Shown one piece after another: positions 36,482 through 46,300 of a stretch of 64,000 nt of DNA (the stretch's first letter is position 1; each line of letters opens with the position of its first letter). The stretch spans positions 38,155 to 102,154 of IMG/VR virus record IMGVR_UViG_3300044712_000568. One strand, 5' to 3'. Both the position numbers and the translations under genes were made by a program. The notes under the pieces are model-generated. The model saw only the letters and a program-made list of their open reading frames with translations, did no database searches and was not told where the DNA came from. The DNA comes from a virus. Taxonomy: Duplodnaviria > Heunggongvirae > Uroviricota > Caudoviricetes.

Positions 36482-36931
36482 TTATGTGCTAGACTCTGTT
36501 ACTTCATCTAACCATTGTTTAATACAAGCGGAAATAAAATGAGTTGCCGGTCTGTAAAAATCACCAAATTCCAAAGAAAAAATATACGGACTGATTGAAA
36601 TAAATCCTTCATCATCTAATACTAAAGCTTTATCTAAATTATTCATTAGTTCTTCTCTAATAGCTTTAGCATAGGCTTCTCGTATTTGTTTATTAAATGG
36701 AATACCCTTAGATACCATATGCTCTTCAGCTTCACCGAAAAAGTTAGCATATGTTAATAAGCCAGGTATTTCTCTAATTACTTTTTCTTTCATTACATAA
36801 AATAAATCTTTAGTTGCTACTTGATTTAGTTTAAATAATTCATCTTCAGTCAGAGCAGTATATTCTAAATCGCAGGTAAACTGTCCTGCCTCAGAGGACG
36901 GCGATTTTATTTTTATCGAACTATTAGTCAT
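36482..36931 (-). CDS. hypothetical virion-morphogenesis protein
   Basis: ...LEFGD..RPA..FI... resembles tail-completion motifs; context. Confidence 0.45.
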   Translation of the reverse strand: MTNSSIKIKSPSSEAGQFTCDLEYTALTEDELFKLNQVATKDLFYVMKEKVIREIPGLLTYANFFGEAEEHMVSKGIPFNKQIREAYAKAIREELMNNLDKALVLDDEGFISISPYIFSLEFGDFYRPATHFISACIKQWLDEVTESST

Positions 36932-37343
36932 CTAATAAAGTCTCATTTGGATATTCATTTTTATATTGTTCTATTAATGATTTATCATATTTGAATATAT
37001 GCTCTAACCACATATTTACAGAATTTTTAAAGGCTATTTGATAATCTATAATTTCTTGTTGTAGTTTATGTCTATAATGAGTAATACTTTGTATTACCAA
37101 TCTGTGTTCCAAAATATGCAAATCCCTATCTGGGTAATCTGTTACAGCTTCCATCAAACGTTCTTCTATTGCATAATGTCTGACTGTGCGTTCTATTAGA
37201 CCATCTAATAATTTTATCAATGTTGCATCCTCAGTTCTTTTTGAGATTAAATTATTTATCTCATTTAACTGAGCAATTATTTCTTCATGCTCTTTATCTA
37301 TATCTGGATGCCCTAATGAGGTATATTTTAATGTATGTTTCAT
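36924..37343 (-). CDS. bacteriohemerythrin
   Basis: GHPDIDKEH, HYAIEERLM, YP....HILEH, WLEHIFKYD: complete di-iron ligand set. Confidence 0.9.
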   Translation of the reverse strand: MKHTLKYTSLGHPDIDKEHEEIIAQLNEINNLISKRTEDATLIKLLDGLIERTVRHYAIEERLMEAVTDYPDRDLHILEHRLVIQSITHYRHKLQQEIIDYQIAFKNSVNMWLEHIFKYDKSLIEQYKNEYPNETLLDD

Positions 37344-37355
37344 ATATAATCCTAT

Positions 37356-37874
37356 CTATTTGTATTTTGTTAAAATCCATGGTGCTTGTGTAAAATCATC
37401 TGGCTCTACTAAACTTGGAATATTGCACTTATACTTACTAATTAATGTTAATACTTCAGCTACTAAAGAAGAACATGTATATTTATTAGTCACTGTTAAA
37501 TATTCTTTATATTTGTGAGAAGGTTTCAAAAAGCCTAATAAATGATTAATCAATGAATTTATTAAAGCTTTAATAGAATATTTTTTATTTATTAAATATG
37601 AAATTACTTGAGGAGAATTGGGTAAGGATTCTGGTATTGTAAGTGTGGGATTGGTAGCTATAAAAATCTCATCAGAATAATGCAGTGTATCTAACAGTTG
37701 TACTAAACGTACTTTAGAAGAAGCATTTTCTATTTCTAAACATATTGGATTGACATCATCGGCTATTAAAACGATAGAGCAATGAGTTATTTCATTGCCT
37801 TCGATTAATCTAATAGCTTTTGAAATAATATTAGGTCCATTAGTATATAAAATAACTTGCCCTGGTACAAACAT
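37356..37874 (-). CDS. permuted papain-like amidase (YiiX/YebB-like NlpC/P60)
   Basis: PGQVIL...ISKAIR...THCSI (His)...YTCSSLVA (Cys)...PDDF; start reassigned to ATG 37874 (GAGG RBS; box at 37887-37894). Confidence 0.7.
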   Translation of the reverse strand: MFVPGQVILYTNGPNIISKAIRLIEGNEITHCSIVLIADDVNPICLEIENASSKVRLVQLLDTLHYSDEIFIATNPTLTIPESLPNSPQVISYLINKKYSIKALINSLINHLLGFLKPSHKYKEYLTVTNKYTCSSLVAEVLTLISKYKCNIPSLVEPDDFTQAPWILTKYK

Positions 37875-37895
37875 AACACCTCTCATACTTAATTG

Positions 37896-37928
37896 AATAA
37901 AATGGGCCATAGGTTCATCTATGGCCCA
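37896..37928 (-). terminator. Rho-independent terminator
   Basis: TGGGCCATAG-N6-CTATGGCCCA followed by TTTTATT on the minus strand. Confidence 0.7.
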
Positions 37929-37949
37929 GTATAACTTTGACTCGTATTA

Positions 37950-38339
37950 TTAAGTTAGTTTGTTAATTTCTATTTGAATTGCATCAATAGCAGCTTGCTT
38001 AGACTTAGCTGCCCATAGGTAATTCCAGCTAGATAAAGCCTCTCCATAACTGGCTAATGACTGTGGTGCTACACTCGGATTAAAGTGTAAATTATCGTAT
38101 TGTAATTCTTTTGCAATAGCTTCGGCTTCCATAGCTAATCTAAATTGTCTGGAAAAAATATATTTTAAAATCCACTTATATTTTCCAGTACTTTGTTGTT
38201 TAAGATGCACAGTTTCGTGTGCAATTATTTCAGGATATCTTTTCGGATCAATTCCTTTTGGATAATAAATATTTGGAGAAATAGTAATCCAAAAATTTCT
38301 AGGTAACCAGAATAACCACCAAGTATGAGGTTTTAACAT
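37950..38339 (-). CDS. small HExxH zincin-like protein (DUF4157-like)
   Basis: WITISPNIY...IAHETVHLKQQ...MEAEA. Confidence 0.7.
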   Translation of the reverse strand: MLKPHTWWLFWLPRNFWITISPNIYYPKGIDPKRYPEIIAHETVHLKQQSTGKYKWILKYIFSRQFRLAMEAEAIAKELQYDNLHFNPSVAPQSLASYGEALSSWNYLWAAKSKQAAIDAIQIEINKLT

Positions 38340-38392
38340 TTTAATCTCCTTTTAATGTAATTGAATATCATAAACATTCATCCAAACTGTTT

Positions 38393-38980
38393 TTATGAAC
38401 CAAAAGTAATGTCGTATACATCTATAGTAGCATATCCATAACCACCTGAAGTACATGTAACTCTAACTCGTAAATTACTCATAGTCACACTACTTAATGA
38501 AATTGAACCCGTAGTCACAGCCTGACTAGAAGAAACTCCAGTATTAGATGCTCCCAAAAAGCCTGACCAACTACTTCCACCATTTACAGAATAATCCACA
38601 GTTGCAGTTGCATCACCATCTAAACCATCTGCAGTAAAACTATATTTAACTCGTAAATAACCGGTTATTACTCCACCAGAAAATCCGGTATACGTAGTAA
38701 CTCCAGGGGAAGCTCCATTTTGAGAAGTCCAAGTAGCTAAAGTAGCTGGATCGGTATCATAGGCATTTGCTGGAGTACTAACTGTACCTACAGTGGATGA
38801 GGATGTAGGTCTATATATAGAGACAGCTGATTTACCATACCCATTACTCAACGCTATCTGACCACTGGCTACACCAAATAAAGTCCTAACACTGGTCTGT
38901 CCCAAGCTAATCTGTGCAGATGCACTCAATTCAGTTCGCACCTGAGACATTGATATTTGTCCACTTGCTGGTAAAGTCAT
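38393..38980 (-). CDS. putative tail-fibre tip adhesin 2
   Basis: N-terminal MTLPASGQISMSQVRTEL...YGKS module; C-terminal YRPT...YDITF beta domain; downstream of an S74 fibre. Confidence 0.65.
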   Translation of the reverse strand: MTLPASGQISMSQVRTELSASAQISLGQTSVRTLFGVASGQIALSNGYGKSAVSIYRPTSSSTVGTVSTPANAYDTDPATLATWTSQNGASPGVTTYTGFSGGVITGYLRVKYSFTADGLDGDATATVDYSVNGGSSWSGFLGASNTGVSSSQAVTTGSISLSSVTMSNLRVRVTCTSGGYGYATIDVYDITFGS

Positions 38981-39579
38981 TAGATAACCTGTATTTGCGA
39001 TGTTTCAAAAATATTAGGATCTTTATTGTATATAGCTTTACATCTAATAGTGAATGGTTTAGAAGCAACTGTTACTACTACAGTATTTGTTACTGACGGG
39101 GCTAAAGTAACATCTCCATTTACAATTGACCATTCGTATACAACATCCGATTGATTGACTGCGGTAACTGTTACAGTATTATCTGGATTATTTACAAAAC
39201 TTAATAATGGAGTTATTCTAGCTTTAAGTTTATTTAAAATATCAGCTGCTATCAATTTATCCGCTTCGTCTCCTATTAAATCGCCTAAAATTTTAACCGA
39301 AGTATCTGGAAGTGTTAAAGGCATACCGAATAATGAAATTACTTGATCCATGGTTAGAACAAAAGCTCCAGAATCTAATGTTCTAATTGTGTCTGTTCTA
39401 TCGTTAGCTGAAGTTCCTTGATATTCCTGTGTAGAATACGATACAGAAACCATAAATATGATATTAACTTTTCCAGTAGATGGATCTTTTACAGGGACTC
39501 GTCTAATAGTAATTTCATCCGCTGCAGTTTCCTGTATAGTTGTAATTGTTTGTGTTGATATTATTTGATCTACGGCCAT
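38980..39579 (-). CDS. hypothetical tail-fibre-associated protein
   Basis: coupled between fibre and adhesin; C-terminal Ig-like strands. Confidence 0.55.
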   Translation of the reverse strand: MAVDQIISTQTITTIQETAADEITIRRVPVKDPSTGKVNIIFMVSVSYSTQEYQGTSANDRTDTIRTLDSGAFVLTMDQVISLFGMPLTLPDTSVKILGDLIGDEADKLIAADILNKLKARITPLLSFVNNPDNTVTVTAVNQSDVVYEWSIVNGDVTLAPSVTNTVVVTVASKPFTIRCKAIYNKDPNIFETSQIQVI

Positions 39580-42440
39580 TATTTAATCCTTTTCTTTAAT
39601 TCATCAATTTCTAATTGTTGTTCTTTAATCGCTTCCACTAGAAGAGCTACAATACGATCATATTTAAGACCTTTGTATCCAGTATCTTTAGTTACTACAA
39701 GTTCTGGCAATACCATTTCAACTTCCTGTGCAATAAGACCAATGTCTCGTTTATTATTAACGGCTCTTAGTGGCTCAGGAATAGTATTAAGATATAATTG
39801 ATTCCAATTATATGATACACCATTTAATCTTTTAACTTTGTCTATTGCATTTTCTATTGGCTTGATATTTTCTTTTAATCTCTTATCAGAAGTGTAATAT
39901 GCTATTACATCACCAGTGGCGTAAAGAGTTCCGTTGACCTGCAGACTGCTAGAATTATAAGTCTGAACTAACTGGCTTGAAGTGGCATATAATCCAGCGG
40001 ACCACGATGAGAAATAGACTCCAACGTTCCCGGTAGTTCTATACCAATCAGTGTTATTCTGGCTAGCTATGGCTGTAAATACTTGAGATGAAGTTAAAGC
40101 CTGAGCAGTGAAATTGCTTGTATCTATTAGTTTATACCAAGATCCCCAGGTCCCGGTAACTTTAGCTCTTCTATAAATTTCTCCTGTTCCAACCATAGCG
40201 TTTGCTAACTGAGTTATATAGTTAGTGTCATTGGAAGGCCAGTTCATTACACTGTTCCATGTTCCAGCTACTGCACCATTAACAGGAGTATTTACATCGA
40301 AGATCTCAAATAATGTCCTAGTATTTAAATCTGTACTTGCTGTAAGTCTATTAGCTGCACTTGTGATATAACTAGAGAATGTTCCTGTAGTAGCTGAGAT
40401 AGAGCTAGAAAAGCCACCTGTAGTAGCAGATAGGGCACCCATAGATAGAGATGCACCATTGAAAGCAACTGCATTGGCAGCACCTAGGCCAACAGTTATC
40501 CTGCATGTTGTCCCTCTACCCATGTAAAGGTCCATACCATAACCATCTGCGTTGGTTTGAATGATATTTGAACCAACAGCACCAGTAGTATCAAATTTCA
40601 AGGTGCTTTCTACACCTAAAATGTTAACACCATTTCCAGTGTATGCACCAGGAGTTGTTACCAGACCACTGGTTTTGTTAATAGTGAAGGTTCCAAAGTC
40701 ACAAGTGATACCAAAATTTGTTCCACCAGAATCCCCAATACCTATTCTCCAATTGCTAGACCCAGCTGTTTGAAGATTGATAAGGGAAGTATAGGAGGTG
40801 GATGTTCCACCTATGTATGCTACATTCTTTACAGTTAGTGTGTCGTTAGTAGTTATGGCACCCACAAAAGTTGAGGTTCCAACTGCAGCAAACCTAACAC
40901 GTTCCGTAAAGGCTGCACCATTATCTGTTCCAAATACTAAATCATCACTATTCGCTTGTCTACCTATGAGATAATCAACAGCTACACCATTTCCAAAACT
41001 CATCAAGTGGCTGTCTGTTGTTGGAGTAGCTCTGGTTAATTTAATCTGAGGATCTGTATTCCTAAATGTTGTAGTCAACTTGGATGTTGATACAGTGATA
41101 GGTGTAATGTTGCTTAACCCAATAGTTAAGGCTGGGGTTGTAGTAGCAGTTGCCCACGTAGCTGTAACGCCGTTATTGGCTGCAGCAGTGGATACACTGG
41201 TTACAGTTCCACCTCCAGCTACCCAGCTTAAAACACCAGCACCGTTATTAGATAAAACACCAGAGGCGTTAGCTAAAGTGCCAAAAGTGGTCAATAACGT
41301 GTATGCAGCTTGTCTGCTAGTGTCGGTTGGGTGAATGTGTCCTTCTCTAGCCACTAGAGTAGAAGTTCCTACGGTAGCTGTTCCATCCATCAAAGGGGAA
41401 GCTGTTGATAGCCCTGTTATGGAATTAAAGGATGTTCCAGTTAAAGCACCCAGAGTTAATGTAATAGCAGGAGTTGAGGTTGCAGTTGCTACTGTTCCTG
41501 AGATACCATTTGCAGAAACCACAGATACGCTTGTTACAGTTCCTGGTCTGGCATTAATTTGAGCTTGGACTTTTCCGAAGGCACCTAGGATAGAATCGGT
41601 AGCAGCCAAGGCTGTATTAGTTCCTGCAGCATATCCTGTTAGCAATTTTCCAGTTGCAGTAGCATCAGTTAAAGTTGTAGCATTCCCAACTGAAGTTATA
41701 TCTCCAGTTAAATTAGCATTAGTAGTAACTGTAGCAGCATTTCCTGTGATGCTAATACCATATGAGGCAGCATCTTCTTTGAGTATTCTTGTCCATGGCC
41801 CCCAGACAGCATTATAATAATTTCTAACCCAATATTTAGCAGTAGCGGAAGAGGGATATTCATGCAAAAACTGTATATATCCTGCTGATTGAATTACAAC
41901 CATGCCAAAGGCATTAGCTGTAGGACAGTTAACAAGGGTGGCAACAGTAACATTAGCAGGACAGTAGTAGATTCCTGGTGTTTGTATAGAGTTTAAATCA
42001 GTAGAAGCAGCAATAATATTACTTGTAGGATTAGCTGTTAAAGTGATATTTGCAGAGCCATTGAAGGATACACCATTGATGGTTCTAGCAGTAGTCAAGG
42101 TAGCTGCTGAACCATCAATGGAAGTAATACCTGTGAGAGCTTGAGCTGCTGATCCTCTATTTAATGCTATCGCAGTAGTACCAATATATACAGAAGAAGA
42201 GCCCAAGACACCAGACGGTAAAGTACCAGTCAGGTTCCCAGCGGGTAAACTTGTAAGATTGGCACCAGACCCTGAAAATCCAGTAGCTGTAATAGAAGAT
42301 GAAAATGTCAGTAGGTTGGCACTAGTGTGTGTTACAGTTATAGTGTTAGCTGCAGAAGAATTAAAAGAAGATAAAAATGGAACTGAACCATTAGTCTGGA
42401 TAGTGATTGGATCTGTATTGGATAAAAAACCTAATGGCAT
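39579..42440 (-). CDS. tail fibre 2 with pyocin-knob-like domains and C-terminal peptidase S74 chaperone
   Basis: DLNSIQTPGIYY...WGPW and DLN...WGSW knobs; SDKRLKENI...GLIAQEVE..LPELV...LLVEAIKE. Confidence 0.88.
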   Translation of the reverse strand: MPLGFLSNTDPITIQTNGSVPFLSSFNSSAANTITVTHTSANLLTFSSSITATGFSGSGANLTSLPAGNLTGTLPSGVLGSSSVYIGTTAIALNRGSAAQALTGITSIDGSAATLTTARTINGVSFNGSANITLTANPTSNIIAASTDLNSIQTPGIYYCPANVTVATLVNCPTANAFGMVVIQSAGYIQFLHEYPSSATAKYWVRNYYNAVWGPWTRILKEDAASYGISITGNAATVTTNANLTGDITSVGNATTLTDATATGKLLTGYAAGTNTALAATDSILGAFGKVQAQINARPGTVTSVSVVSANGISGTVATATSTPAITLTLGALTGTSFNSITGLSTASPLMDGTATVGTSTLVAREGHIHPTDTSRQAAYTLLTTFGTLANASGVLSNNGAGVLSWVAGGGTVTSVSTAAANNGVTATWATATTTPALTIGLSNITPITVSTSKLTTTFRNTDPQIKLTRATPTTDSHLMSFGNGVAVDYLIGRQANSDDLVFGTDNGAAFTERVRFAAVGTSTFVGAITTNDTLTVKNVAYIGGTSTSYTSLINLQTAGSSNWRIGIGDSGGTNFGITCDFGTFTINKTSGLVTTPGAYTGNGVNILGVESTLKFDTTGAVGSNIIQTNADGYGMDLYMGRGTTCRITVGLGAANAVAFNGASLSMGALSATTGGFSSSISATTGTFSSYITSAANRLTASTDLNTRTLFEIFDVNTPVNGAVAGTWNSVMNWPSNDTNYITQLANAMVGTGEIYRRAKVTGTWGSWYKLIDTSNFTAQALTSSQVFTAIASQNNTDWYRTTGNVGVYFSSWSAGLYATSSQLVQTYNSSSLQVNGTLYATGDVIAYYTSDKRLKENIKPIENAIDKVKRLNGVSYNWNQLYLNTIPEPLRAVNNKRDIGLIAQEVEMVLPELVVTKDTGYKGLKYDRIVALLVEAIKEQQLEIDELKKRIK

Positions 42441-42461
42441 TTTCGCCTCTTAAAATGAATT

Positions 42462-42725
42462 CTAAAGTTTCTTAGCTAAATCTAATGCGTGCAGACACAC
42501 AGGACCACCGCGTAGAGTATCACGACATATTTGAGGTCTTATATCATAGACAGTACAGCATTTATTAGCGTCTACGAATGGGCACCACCATGTGTCAGTA
42601 CCTATCACGGTTCTGACTCCATCTATAATCTGTATATGTTCTACCTGATCAGGTAGTTCTCCATCTTTCAATGGCATAAAATCAAATCGACAACAAGCAC
42701 TACAACCCATACATTCCGGAATCAT
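42462..42725 (-). CDS. YkgJ-family cysteine-cluster protein
   Basis: CMGCSACC...CPFV...CTVYDIRPQICR. Confidence 0.85.
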   Translation of the reverse strand: MIPECMGCSACCRFDFMPLKDGELPDQVEHIQIIDGVRTVIGTDTWWCPFVDANKCCTVYDIRPQICRDTLRGGPVCLHALDLAKKL

Positions 42726-42727
42726 AT

Positions 42728-43357
42728 TTACCCCACGAAGACCATATCTGTAATAGCAACAGATGTATCATTAGAATAGTCGGTACCAAACTTGATTGAA
42801 CCACCCTGGATGTGGTTGTTATTGACATGTAAGATCAAGTTTGCAAGAGATATACCAGACAAAGCAATAGAATATACTGCATAAGATTGAGTTAAAGTAG
42901 CTAATGCATTGAATGTTGACCCATTATCTGTACTATATGTCAGAGAAGCAGGTCCAGGATCAGTTCCTGGGACAGATCCGAAGCGATCTATACCATAAGT
43001 AGCGTTGATATATAGAGTTCCAGTCTTACCAGTAGCTGTCCCCCAATTTGTGAAATTAAGTATGCTATTTCCGTCACCGAAGGAACTAACACCAAAAGTA
43101 GTTGTAGATGTATCTAATGTTGCTCCCGTTCCATCATAGGCCCCAGATTGAAGACCAACAGTTCCAGCATACGTAGTAGGTCTATACCCAGTTGTAGCTG
43201 ACTTTCCATAGCCATCTGTTAACTTAATTGTTCCAGATGGGACACCAAATAAAGCTCTAACTCTGGAATCTGTTAGAGTCAGAATTGTTCCAGAAGAGAG
43301 ACCTAGTTCAGTCTTAACCATAGTCATCGTTATAGTACCACTAGCAGGAAGAGTCAT
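42728..43357 (-). CDS. putative tail-fibre tip adhesin 1
   Basis: MTLPASGTITMTMVKTEL...YGKS module; YRPT...TDMVF domain; coupled to an S74 fibre. Confidence 0.65.
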   Translation of the reverse strand: MTLPASGTITMTMVKTELGLSSGTILTLTDSRVRALFGVPSGTIKLTDGYGKSATTGYRPTTYAGTVGLQSGAYDGTGATLDTSTTTFGVSSFGDGNSILNFTNWGTATGKTGTLYINATYGIDRFGSVPGTDPGPASLTYSTDNGSTFNALATLTQSYAVYSIALSGISLANLILHVNNNHIQGGSIKFGTDYSNDTSVAITDMVFVG

Positions 43358-46300
43358 TATCTACCTCCTTTTAAGATTTCAATCTCAGCTTTTAATTCCT
43401 TAATAGCTTCTATTAAAAGAGGTACAATTTTTCCATAGGAAACTGACATATAGCCGTCTTCATTAGTTTCTACAGCTTGTGGTAAAACTTCTATAACTTC
43501 TTGTGCTAATACACCTACTTGTTCTTTAGTATCTGAATGAGGTGCTTGTGAATTCCATTTATAAGTAACTCCATTTATTTTATCAAGTTTATCTAAAGCA
43601 TTAGTTATTTTAGTTATTTCTTTCTTATATCTTGCATCAGACGAAGCACTGAAATCAGAAGCATATACAATTCCTCCGCTATATATTGCTCCATTAATAC
43701 CAGCTCCTCCTGTTACAACAAGAGCTCCAGTACTTACAGAAGTAGATGCAGCTGTAGATAATACCTGAAATGCACCGGAAGCAAAGCTGTTTATAGTATT
43801 TCCATAGACTCCGAAAACACTTGCTGCATTTCTATTTAGCAATAGAAAATCGTATGAACCACTTCCAATTCCTTGTATATTAGGACTTGATGCTGATATG
43901 GTTATACCAGTTGTTGAAACGGTGCCACCAGAAACATTGGTAGCAGTTCCTGAAGTAGATGCATAGTTAACGCTTATCGAACCACGAGCAGCTAAATAAG
44001 AAGAGCCATTAGAATCAGTAGCCCACAAATAAGTTGGAGAGTTACTGGAGTTAGAATAGGCAAAGGTATTAGATACTCCCGAGGTCATTAATGCAGTAGC
44101 AGTGGCTGCGTTGCCAGTGCAAGATGCTGATGAACCTGTTACAGAAATTCCCCAAGATCCCGATGCACCTGTTCCAGTAAGAGATGGCGCATAAGAATTA
44201 TAATTATTATTATTTAAAGCTACTCTCCAACCAGGAGAATATCCAGCTCCCTGATCATTATAAACTAACTCGGTTGACGGTCCTGTACCAGTATTTGGAC
44301 GAATGATTCTAATTGTATATTGAGCACCGTCCGAAAAAGTTTCAACGGTACATCCAGCCATTTCAATAGCACCAACAACGGTATCTGAGATATCGTTATT
44401 ACCCGCGTAATCCCAAGTACATTTACCAAAAGTATACATATAATTTTTAAAATTATATATAGATTGTAACCAAGTAATAAACTGAGCAGTTGTACAGGAT
44501 TGATTAGTACCAGCTACCGCTTGTACAGCAAATGATCCTAGGTTTCTTATATCGGTTATAGCATATCCGAGTAATGTAGTTGGTTTTGAGGTAATACCAG
44601 TCCAAACCACATTAGTAGCAGTAGCTGCATTACCATCAATAGAAACACCAGTCAAAGATAAGGCAGAAGATGCTCTATTTATAGCAACAGCTGTAGTACC
44701 AATATACATCGTCTGATTAGTTAATGCGTATGAGTTATTATCATAGGATACTGTTGTTCCAGACATGCGAACAAGACCAGTCCCATTTAAAGCAGCCTGT
44801 CTACTAGTATCAGTGGCATGAACATGGTCCTGCTTAGCTACTAGAGTAGATGTACCTATTGCAGCTACCCCATTCATTAATGGATTAGATGTGGCTAATC
44901 CAGTAATAGAATTAAAAGACAACCCAGTTATTGGACGAGCAGCTGAGAATGCTATTGTTGAACCAGCGGCACGAGGAATAGTAAGGATGTCATCAATCAT
45001 TAACCCGGCATCATCGTGCGATCTAACTACTAAGGAAGAACCAACACTAGCACCAGTTTCTGCCACACTATTTGCAAAAATAGCCCAACGATTACTTCCA
45101 GAGGAAGTAAATCGTAAAATACGATATTGCGAGGAAACGCCATTAATTTGCAGTTCTGTGTCAGCTGCAATATTTGCACCAAATTTACTAATTCCATTTC
45201 CAGCTGTTAGTGTGCCACCTATAGTCAATGCATTAGTTGATGCATTGAATGTATAGTTAACATTTGTTCCTAATACAACAGAGATTCCTTGTGATGTAGC
45301 AAATACTGGATAATATGTGGCAGCTGTTGTATTGTTAGGAGCCGAAACTGCTATAGTTACTGCACTAGAACCATTGAAAGAAGTTCCAGATAATCCATTT
45401 CCAATTGTAAGAGTTGCTGTAGTACTTCCAATAGGAGCAGACCAAGTTCCATCAGCTCGTAAGAAGTTTACAGTTCCTCCACCTGACGCTGGAACATATC
45501 CATTTATTGCATTAGTAAATAGATTTGCAGTAAATGTTGATCCACTTTGCATTACTATAATTCGTAAAGAATTTAAAGCTGGGGCAGAATTGAAAATCAA
45601 TGAGACATTATTTGCATCTACTGATCGAATTTCAATACCGGAATCTACTTTTCTTTTACTTCCAGTCAATTCATATACTGCTACAGTTATGTCAGTAGTA
45701 TTTAAACTATGATTAACTGTTATAGTTGTATTTGTTCCGTCTCCTATTGTAGCAGCATAAGATGTTATTGATGACCAGCTTAATATGCCGGATCCATTAT
45801 TTGTTAATACACCTGGAGAATTAGTAAGAGCAGATAATGAAGTAAGGGTAGTATTTAATGGCTGCATTGCTGCCCAAGATCTAACACCAAGAGTGGTAGA
45901 TGTTAGAGCATAACCATCAATTGTTGGATTACCTAAAGAAGGTTCTGCACTAATTGCAGTTCTAAGCGCAGTTGCAGATAATGTGCTGACAGTATTATCT
46001 GCATTTATTCTAATATAAGAAACTGCAGCGGGATCTACTAGGGTAAATAAATTACTACCGGTAGTAGTGGCACCCAATGAAATACGTCCAGTAGAAGCTA
46101 CTAATCCAGTAGATCCTCCATCCCATTTCATTCTATCAGTATAAGCGGTATCCCAATTAGTTTGACTAGCTGTAGTAGGTATTGCATAACCAGTTGTTAA
46201 TGAGATAGCCAATGTTCCAGATGTTGTAATTGGAGAACCCGAAATAGATAATCCAATTGGAGTAGTTAATGCCACACTAGTTACTGTACCAACATTTGTA

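Noticed and set aside
37875-37910. ORF-track start MAHFIQ for the papain-like gene
   Set aside because: That ATG lies within a terminator stem; ATG 37874 has a GAGG RBS and the late box.
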